Source of the DNA: Octopus vulgaris | Lineage: Eukaryota | DNA: 64,000 nt | Assembly: GCA_951406725.2 (NCBI GenBank) | Contig: OX597831.1 | Coordinates: forward strand, 64,170,001 to 64,234,000 | Reading direction: 5' to 3' | Shown here: one piece after another, positions 54,683-64,000 of the stretch | Layout: every line of letters starts with the position of its first letter | How positions within the stretch are numbered: the stretch's first letter is position 1 | Notes under the pieces: generated by a model | Database searches by the model: none | The model's input: the letters and a program-made list of their open reading frames with translations, nothing else | Told to the model about the DNA's origin: nothing | Translations under genes and position numbers: made by a program

Positions 54683-55056
54683 TGTGTGTGTGTTTGTGTG
54701 TCGAACAATGAGAATGAATGCTCAACACCACATTGGTGAATAAAGATTGTTTTTTATTTGTGTATTAAGGCTACCATTGGTTTCGTTTAAGGAACTTTCT
54801 CAGCAATTATTCAGACCTATCACTTAGGAAAATAGTATTCGTCTCCATTTGGGATTAAAACACGGAAAGTCACGGAAAGTCACGGAAGATCATGATAAAA
54901 TCACACGAGAATTTCAGCAAACAAAAGCGAGATATCAAGGGTAAAGAGCATTACACATATCCAGGACATTATATGACTTTATCATTCAGCAACCCCAAAC
55001 CCTTAAAAATTCGGCGCTGAAATATGTGTAAGAATAATGAATATACATGAATATAC

Positions 55057-55228
55057 AGGCGCAGGAGTGGCTGTGTGGTAAGTAGATTGCTTACCAACCA
55101 CATGGTTCCGGGTTCAGTCCCACTGCGTGGCATCTTGGGCAAGTGTCTTCTGCTATAGCCCCGGGCCGACCAATGTCTTCTGAGTGGATTTGGTAGACTG
55201 AAACTGAAAGAAGCCTGTCGTATATATG

Positions 55229-55261
<33 letters not shown>

Positions 55262-55468
55262 ATATATATGTTTGTGTGTCTGTGTTTGTCTCCCCTAGCA
55301 TTGCTCGACAACCGATGCTGGTGTGTTTATGTACCGGTCACTTAGCGGTTCGGCAAAAAGAGCCCGATAGAATAAGTACTGGGCTTACTAAAGAATAAGT
55401 CCCGATTAAAGGCGGTGCTCCCGCATGGCCGCAGTCAAATGACTGAAACAAGTAAAAGAATAACAGAA
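55057..55468 (+). mobile_element. SINE family C
   Basis: Matches the family; absent from the paralogous segment near 63430. Confidence 0.85.
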
Positions 55469-56887
55469 TACATATAACAATCGTGAAACTGTCCCTTTAG
55501 CATTAATATAAACGGCTCGAAGCGGAAGTCATGAAAGGTCGGTTGAGCCTTTTAATGAATGTCTTTTCTCGTCCTCCCTCTATATCCTTCCATCACGTCT
55601 TCCATCTCATCACCACAGCCTCCACCCACCTTCCTTCAACATTCATTAACCCACATACCCCAATTCTCATTTTGATTGCTACGTCTAAAAATATTCCACG
55701 GTAGCTGCTCTACTGTCACTGCCTTTCACAATACTGTTATACCCGCCCCACAAAAAAGGGTAGTTGAAGTGGGTATACCCTGGCAACAAGATTACTGTTA
55801 TACTGTGCCATTTTTTAGGTTAATGGATGTTTTCTTAACTTTATTTCTAAAATGCATGAAATAATGCACAAATGGACAAATTAACAAAAATATTTCGGAG
55901 GTGCACTTGCCAAGCAAATGATTTGATCTGTGACCGTATGTGGAAACGAAAACGATTGCAGCTTGAAAAGACATACGTTAACCATTCAAAAACACACAGA
56001 GATTGGTAACTTCACTTAAACATTGTTTGTGATATAGCGTCAAACATTGAATAAACAAAGAGGCCGTTCGTCCAAATAAAATTCAAATTATGCAGCAGAG
56101 GCAGCTCTAGATAAAAGTTTTTCTCTCTTTGACATACTTCGAGTATGTTTGGACGACTACTGCAGCTTCTGACTTCTTAACAGTGACTTACGTTAAGTAT
56201 ATCACACATCTTTTTACGTTTCTGAATTCAAATACCACCGAGGTCATCTCTGCCTTTCAAAATTACTGGCCCTGTGCCAAAACTAGAAAGTATTTTCATT
56301 ATTATTTTTCATCGTCATCGTCATCGTCATACCTCGTCGTCGTCGTCGTTGTTGTTGTTGTTGTTCAAACTCAGTGATATAATATTTCGCTTGGATAAAG
56401 TAAAATTCTACTGCTACCTAGGTAGATGTGTGTCTGCTATACACCACCTAGCATTTATTCAAGTGTCCTTAAAGTTCTAGTTTGTATTACCCCAGCGGAG
56501 CTCTCTGAAGATATTTTGGATCTTTTCGGCTTAAACGGCAGTTTTTTTTTATAATTTCCACGTAACTAAACACTTTTAAACTTCCTATACTGGTAGAATG
56601 TGTTTATAAAACATCTTTTTCTCTTGGCTTTATTGAGAAAATTCTATAGTTTGTAAGATATTTGTTGTTTTTTTTCTTCAATTTCTGCAATTTCAACCAA
56701 TCACTGACGTCTATTGAGGTAAAAAAAACATTCTGTGCCGTATGAATATGTCCCTCGTTTAAGAAACAGATTGGGTTTATTTACATTTGTGAAGAAAAAA
56801 ATATACCCTTCCCCCCACCCCTAACCCTAACCCTAAAACAGATTGAAATGCAATAGATTGATACTAGGGTCATAATTATGGGTGACA

Positions 56888-59800
56888 TCATCATCATCAT
56901 CATTGTTCGACCGTGGTCGAGACAATGGAATTTACTATGTTACGCCAGACTTTACGGTCCATCATAGCATTACGGAGGTCCTGTTGCTGGATGCCTGTAT
57001 CCCTGGAGATTACATCAGGGTAGGAGAGTGTGCGCCCTCCGGTATTGCAAGTAGATGGCTTCCAGAGGAGAAGAGTAGAAATTACTTCTTTTTCAGCTCT
57101 ACAACAATGTCCAGCAAACTGGACTCTCCTACCTTTCACAAGAGATGACACAGGTGGTAATTTCCCATATATTTGCATTTTGGTTGGATGGCGCTTCCAC
57201 GAGAGATTTTGAGCTCTCATAAGGAGGCGAGTGTAGGTTCCATCCAACCGCCTCTCAAGCTTCTTTGATAACGTCCAGGTTTCTGAGCCATATAGTAGAA
57301 TTGGTTCGACTGTGGCTTTGAATATTTCAAGTTTGAAGTCTCTACTTAGATTTGATGACCAGATCTTATGCATGTCATTACAGACTGACCAGGCCATACC
57401 CTTTCTAGTTAGAAAGTCTTTTCCAGATGATGATATGTATGACCCAAGATATTTATAATCAGAAACCATATTTAAAGGCGCACTGTTGAGAGTGTGGATG
57501 ATGCAATCACTGTTGAACAGGCACTTGTTTATGTATTCAGTTTTGGCCTCATTGAGGTAAAGACCTACACAGTTTGAGGCTTGTTCAAGAGATTGTAAAA
57601 GAGACTGGGCATTGGAGAGAGAATCACTGATAAGAGCGATGTCGTCAGCAAAGTCAGTGTCTGTCAAGTACTCAGCTGGGTGTCTGGGACTTCTTCTTGG
57701 TTTTATTTCAAAGCCCTTGCCAGAGATTGTATCAACTGACATACGTAGCACATAATCAACAACAATGATGAAAAGAAATGGGGCGAGTGTGTCTCCCTGC
57801 AGTATTCCGGCTTTGATTGAGAAAGATGATGTTTCTCCATCAGGGGAGATGGTTGAAGACGTATCTGTGTAGAGGACCTTGATGGCAGAAATAATTTTGT
57901 CTGGTATCCCATAGAGCTTAAGTATTTCAAACATCTTGTACCTATCTACAGAATCGAACGCTTTAGAAAAGTCTACAAATACCATTGCAAGATCGCGATT
58001 AAATGCTTTTGATTCTTCAATAAGTCTGCGCAGGCATAGTATCTGGCTCAGCGTTGAGCGCCCATGTCTGAATCCATTTTAGTTCTTTCGGAGCAAAGGT
58101 TCAACAAAAAGGACAAGACGATTTAGGATCAGTTTGTTGTACAGTTTTGCAGCAATTGACATTAGAGATATGCCCCTGTAGTTGGTGACGAGGGACAAAT
58201 CGCCTTTTTTGGGTATTGGAATGATTTGAGATTGGTGCCAAATCTTTGGAGCGACAAAGGTGGAAAGTGTGTGGTTGCAGAGGTTGAGCAAAAGTGTGTG
58301 AAATCTATTATCCTTCCAAATTACAGCTGAGATGTTGTCGGGACCAAATGCTCTCGAGGCTTTTAGTTGCTTGGTGGCTGCTGTTAGTTCAAATATGGTA
58401 AAAGGGGAGGTGTTGATGTCCAGCGTGTCTGATATAGGCACACTTGGAAGAGTGGGGTTATCAGGGATTTTGGCATTCTTCCCAAGGAGGTTTTTAAAAT
58501 GGGTTGACCAATTTTCTAAACGCTTCTTAGCTGATCCCCCTTTAATTCTAATTGATGACCCAGAATTTTTGCCTGATAGGTCTTTGATGGATTTCCAGGC
58601 GAGATGGTGTTTTTTACTAATGTGCTCTTTCGATAGTTTACTAATTTTGCCATTGATAAATTCGACCTCGGCGTTCAAGTAAGCCTCATCAAGATTCTTC
58701 CTGGCTGCTATGAGTTGGATCTTCAGTGACTGGGATGGAGAACGCTGGTAAGCTGGTGATATAGACTTTAGATGGTTTCTGGCTTCGATGACATTTGGGG
58801 AATTAGAAGGTTTGGTCTGGCCCCTACTCTTCCTTTTGAGAAGAGTAGCCAGTGCAACTTCCTCTGTTGATTTGATGAGGCTGCTGTATACTTCCTCAAT
58901 GTTCTCAGCATCTATTTCAGAAGTAGACAGAGATTGAAATGTGTTATAGACCTCAATAGTAAATTGTTTGGACATATCGGGGTTAGATAAGACTTCCTCC
59001 CAGTCGATCATTTTGATCGGGTGAGGCTTAGTTTTTTTGGATGAGCGAAGACTAAGCTTAACGGTAGCTGATACAATTCTGTGGTCAGAGCCGACAGAAC
59101 TAAAGGAAGAGTAGGATCTCGAGTCTCTAACACTATTGCGCCATTTCTTTCGAAAGATGAGGTAGTCAATCTGTGCCCTATCACCAAGTGGGGACTCAAA
59201 TGTCCAAAGTTGACCCTTTGGTTTCATAAAAGAATTGTTGGAGGTGTAGAGATTAAATTCCTCCAAGAAGTCTTTGAGCATTTCTCCGTTCCGATTAGTT
59301 TTAGAGTTGAAAGTAAACTTGGTCTCATCGGTTCCTAGTCTAGCATTCAGATCACCAGTTATAACCAGAAAATTATGGAGAGGTACTTGCTCAATGGTTG
59401 AACGAAGGGTTGTATAAAAATTTTCAATTTCGTCTGCCACAGACGAATTATGTGGGCTATACACACATACCAATGTTGTTTTTGGGTTTCCATCTATCTC
59501 AAGCACTATAATTCTAGGTGAGATTGACTCTATACTCAAGAGAGTATCACTAGCTTTTGATGAAAGTAGAAATCCGATACCTCCAACTGTTGAATTAACA
59601 GTATTCTTTGGTGCTGAGGAGGTTACAAGTTGATAAGAACCGACTTGGTGGTATTTGAGGATGTTGTCAGGGTGGTAAAATCGGTGTTCTTGGATAGCTA
59701 TTATATCAATGCCATGTGATTCTGCATTTGCACCAAGTTCTAGACGGCCAAGAGAGCCGAGGGTGCGGGCATTGAGGGTGCTGAGTATCGTATGATTTTT

Positions 59801-60284
59801 ACAGCTGATGAGGTGTTTGTTTGGTGTTGTTTGGTTGGGGGCTGACTCTTCTCCATCAGGTGATACCCGTCTGTTAAGATTGAGGGCATCACCGTCAATG
59901 GATGCCCTTGGAGGTGCAACATGATCAGAGACAGGACCCGGCAAAGCAGGGGCTGGACCTACATCCGCAGGTATACCATTAGGTCTGGTTCCCTGGGGAA
60001 GAGGAACCCTGGTGCAGTTAATTGTAAATTCCATAGTCTTTTCAAATGGCTAATAATGTGTGCGCGCGCCACTACTACACACATTGGAAAGCATTGTACA
60101 ACCAAGTACTAAAGAAGATCTTTCCTCCTCCATGAAACAAAGATGTTCCCGCTGGACGTCAACCAGTATTTCTAAGCTACGGACCGAGTGATTTATTGTA
60201 AGGTTATCTCCCTAGATAGATTGCCTTCACTACGGCTAAGGAGTCCTTTCTACCCCACTGACACAGGTTGTACTGGTTTACAGT
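56888..60284 (-). mobile_element. Near full-length RTE-clade non-LTR retrotransposon (LINE)
   Basis: Single APE+RT reading frame, ~250 bp 5' UTR, and a (TGA)n 3' tail starting at the stop codon. 12-bp TSD TTATGGGTGACA at 56876-56887 and 60285-60296. Inserted inside a MITE. Confidence 0.93.
56900..60034 (-). pseudogene. RTE ORF (APE endonuclease + reverse transcriptase) with one in-frame nonsense codon
   Basis: APE motifs LNART, IIAIQEHR, VYSP, GDLNAR, QIDY, SDHRIV. RT motifs PKKGD..NYRGISL, VDFSKAFDSV, GILQGDTLAPFLF, FADD, YKYLG, LLYGSETW. The 651 aa and 361 aa ORFs are in the same frame, separated by TAA at 58079-58081 (KN*NGFR, likely CAA>TAA). Confidence 0.92.
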
Positions 60285-60591
60285 TTATGGGTGACAATTT
60301 CATATGACACCGCTAGAAAAAACTGCCGTTCAAACCGAAAAGATCCGATATTTTTCATTACCTTTCTAAACAAGGTTATTATTTCCCAACGATAAATAAA
60401 GTGACTGTTTTGTTCCTTTTTCAGTTTCCGGCCGATTTATAAACACTCGTGAAGATTTACTTTCAGATCACAACAATAACTGATGAAGAGAATAGCCACC
60501 AAAACATCAAGATGTTCAGCATGGTAACTACTGGTACCAGTTCTATATTTTCCATGGTAACACTGCAGTCTCTTTAATTTTATTGCTATTG

Positions 60592-61017
60592 GGATCTTTT
60601 CGGCTTGAAAGGCAGTTTTTTCTAGTGGTGTCATATGAAATTGTCACCCATAATTATGACCCTAGTATCAATCTATTGCATTTCAATCTGTTTTAGGGTT
60701 AGGGTTAGGGCTAAGGGTGGTGGAAAGGGTATATTTTTTTCTTCACAAATGTAAATAAACCCAATCTGTTTCTTAAACGAGGGACATATTCATCGGCACA
60801 GAATGCTTTTTTTTTACCTCAATAGACGTCAGCGATTGGTTGAAATTGCAGAAATTGAAGAAAAAAAACAACAAATATCTTACAAACTATAGAATTTTCT
60901 CAATAAAGCCAAGAGAAAAAGATGTTTTATAAACACATTCTACCAGTATACAAAGTTTAAAATTTTAATGTTACCTAGAAATTGTGTTAAAAACTGCCGT
61001 TCAAACCGATAAGATCC
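60592..61017 (-). mobile_element. MITE family M1, copy 7
   Basis: TIRs present; perfect TSD TGCTATTG. Confidence 0.9.
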
Positions 61018-61289
61018 TGCTATTGTTATTGCAATATTCACTGATATATTTGCATTGTAAAATCTTTCTAAAACCCTTTTTTCCGTATTTCACAACGCTT
61101 CAAGCGATCTCTAAAACTTTTTTATTCCTAATCTTGAGCCAGGAGAAATTCGCAACTGTTAAAGAGCTATTCTGACTATCAGAGTGATGCACCAGTGCTG
61201 ACTGTCAAACTGACTTCTTTAAACGCGGCCCCAACAACCTTTTCATAAACTCTCTATCAATGAAATACACCACATTTATATCCTGACAT

Positions 61290-61676
61290 CTCTTTTACTC
61301 TTTTACTCTTTTACTTGTTTCAGTCATTTGACTGCGGCCATGCTGGAGCACCGTCTTTAGTCGAGCAAGTCGACCGCAGGACTTATTCTTTGTAAGCCCA
61401 GTACTTATTCTATCGGTCAATTTTGCCGAATCGCTAAGTTACGGGGACGTAAACACACCAGCATCGGTTGTCAAGCAATGTTGGAGGACAAACACAGACG
61501 CACAAACATATACACACACACGTACATATATACGACGGGCTTCTTTCAGTTTCCGTCTGCCAAATCCACTCACAAGGCTTTGGTCGACCCGAGGCTATAG
61601 TAGCAGACACTTGCCCAAGATGCCATACATTGAGACTGAACCCGGAACCATGTGGCTGGTGAGCAAGCTACTTACG
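61290..61676 (-). mobile_element. SINE family C
   Basis: Reverse-complement match. Older or partial copies also lie near 28497, 36830, 38200, 41881 and 45585. Confidence 0.82.
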
Positions 61677-61936
61677 ACCAAACTCATCAACTTGTACGAA
61701 AACTCTCTCGACTTCTCCTAATGACCTTAACACTGAACACTCTGCCCTGAAAAGCCACCACGGGGATTAACCGATGCTACCGCGACTGTGTCGAGCTCGA
61801 GAAGAAATATCTTAAGCAGAAATTTTTTTGATTCTACTGCGTACATTACAATATTTCCTTTCGTGTGTCATCATCAACTTTGATAGACAAAATAACAACT
61901 CGAGCACATACGTCAACATTCTTGTTCGCAGTTCAA

Positions 61937-62335
61937 GGTGGCGGGCTGGCAGAAAGGTTAGCACGCCGGGCGAAATGCTTAGCAGTATTTCGTCTGCCGC
62001 TACGTTCTGAGTTCAAATTCCGCCGAGGTCGACTTTGCCTTTCATCCTTTCGGGGTCGATTAAATAAGTACCAGTTACGCACTGGGGTCGATATAATCGA
62101 CTTAATCTATTTATCTGTCCTTGTTTGTCCCCTCTGTGTTTAGCCCCTTGTGGGTAGTAAAGAAATAGGTATTTCGTCTGTCATTACGTTCTGAGTTCAA
62201 ATTCCGCCGAGGTCGACTTTGCCTTTCGTCCTTTCGTAGTCGGTAAATTAAGTACCAGTTGCTTACTGAAGTCGATCTAATCGACTGGCCCCCTCTCTAA
62301 AAATTTCAGGCTTTGAGTCTGGAATAGAAAAGATT
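61937..62335 (+). mobile_element. SINE family B tandem copy
   Basis: Two bodies joined at AAAGAAATAG|GTATTTCG. Confidence 0.82.
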
Positions 62336-63497
62336 CTTGTTCACTGTTCACCGCATTAAATCTCTCACACAAAGCATCTCAGTCTCGGCTTGTCGTTCAT
62401 CATTCTATTTTGAAACCATTTTTCCCGACTGTATATTAGCTCAAATAGCTATCTACCCCCAACAATTTTAACCACAATACCACCATCACCAATACCAACG
62501 TCACCACACATCCAAAATTCCTTGTCTATCACTCATACATTGCATTGCATCTAACCCCCAGCAACCACAACCTCGAGTGCAAACTATCTAGAACTGAACA
62601 GTTCATATTTGACAATTTGTAGATGCATACCAATGCAACACTTAACCTTTCGATACCCCCAACTCGCCGCTTTAAGAAGACTACAAGCGAATGACCTCAT
62701 CTAACTTCCTTTGTGCAAATGAAAAAAAATTCTGTCATCACCTGAGATACCTGTAATAAACCAGTGTATAGACACCTCGACTTGTATCTAGAAGTCATTT
62801 GAACTGACAACAGCAACCTATCTAGCTTCACAACCAGAGTTAAAACTACCTTCACGGCAATCAACAGACTTCCCAAATCATCATAACTCCTAACAAGAAC
62901 CAGTTACTAAAAGCTGATCCATCGTTTTGAGCATAAAGGATTCCTTCTACAAACTTTCCTGATTCCTCCTCCGCGATTATATTTTATAGTTCTTAAATCT
63001 GATAGAAAGAGGCAGGTTGGTGTGTTGGTGAGTGCTGGTTACGGTCAGCAAAAGAGTAAAGATTAGTGATGCATTTAGCTGGGTGACAGCAAGGTTGCAG
63101 GTACCGATGTAGCGAGGAATGTGTAGTTCAGACTGAATGGATATCTGTTATATTTGGTGATCTTAGGGCCGAGTCGATATAGTTATAGAATAACTTTATC
63201 TGAACACCTGACGTGTCCTATGAAGGTTAAGAGTAAGGATTTCAGAACACGAAAAGTCACGGAAAATCACGATAAAATCACATGAGAATCTCAGTAAACA
63301 AAAACAAGACATCAAGGGTAATGAGTATTACACATATCCAGGACATTATGATATAAAGAAACTTATCATTCAGCAACCCCAAACCCTTACGAATTCGACG
63401 TTGAAATCTGTGTAAGAATATGTGATATACATGTAATAATCATGTAACTGTCCCTTTAGAATTAATATAAACCGACTGGTTTACAGCGGAATTATTG

Positions 63498-63908
63498 GGG
63501 TCTTTTCGGTTTGAACGGCAGTTTTTAACATAATTTCTAGGTAACTAAAAAGTTTAAACTTCGTATACTGGTAGAATGTGTTTATAAAACATCTTTTCCT
63601 CTTGGCTTTATTGAGAAAATTCTATAGTTTGTAAGATATTTGTTGTTGTTTTTCTTCAATTTCTGCAATTTCAACCAATCACTGACATCTATTGAGGTAA
63701 ATAAAAGCATACTGTGCCGTATGAATATTCCCTCGTTTAAGAAACAGATTGGGTTTATTTACATTTGTGAAGAAAAAATATGCACTTCCCCCCACCCCTA
63801 ACTCTAAAATAGATTGAAATGCAATAGATCGATTCTAGGGTCATAATTATGGGTGACAATTTCATGTGACACCGCTAGAAAAAACTGCCGTTCAAACCGA
63901 AAAGATCC
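63498..63908 (+). mobile_element. MITE family M1, copy 8
   Basis: TIRs present; TSD AATTATTG / AATTAGTG; the paralogous segment near 55520 lacks the insertion. Confidence 0.9.
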
Positions 63909-64000
63909 AATTAGTGTAAGATCAGTTGAGGCTTTTAATGAATGTTTTTTCTCGTCTTCACCCTATATCCGTCCCTCACATCTTCCATCTCATCACACCA

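Larger units (their letters stand above)
56518..60346 (+). mobile_element. MITE family M1, copy 6, split by the RTE insertion
   Basis: Left part 56518-56887, right part 60285-60346. TIR GGATCTTTTCGG...; 8-bp TSD GATATTTT at 56510-56517 and 60347-60354. Confidence 0.9.

Noticed and set aside
62400-63240. Old LINE RT fragments (also 24500-25560)
   Set aside because: Only vague motif resemblance; too decayed to call by eye.

Overview
AT-rich, repeat-saturated eukaryotic non-coding DNA. No host protein-coding exon, rRNA, true tRNA or CRISPR could be supported. The SINE and microsatellite content resembles an octopus-type cephalopod genome (inference only). Nearly all listed ORFs are microsatellite or SINE artefacts. 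The window holds: (1) a near-intact RTE-clade LINE (56888-60284, minus strand, one premature stop, 12-bp TSD) inserted into a MITE; (2) eight copies of a ~410-430 bp MITE with GG-terminated TIRs, 8-bp TSDs and an internal telomere-like (CCCTAA)n tract; (3) three tRNA-derived SINE families; (4) decayed RTE, CR1-like, mariner, Helitron and Penelope-like (PLE) fragments. The most interesting signal is a set of about ten type-I hammerhead-ribozyme-like motifs in short, mostly (TA)n-associated and often fold-back elements. Their cores show compensatory variation at the 3:8 pair (C:G, U:A and G:C), which suggests a diversified family of self-cleaving PLE termini or retrozyme-like elements. All folds were derived by eye and have not been tested.
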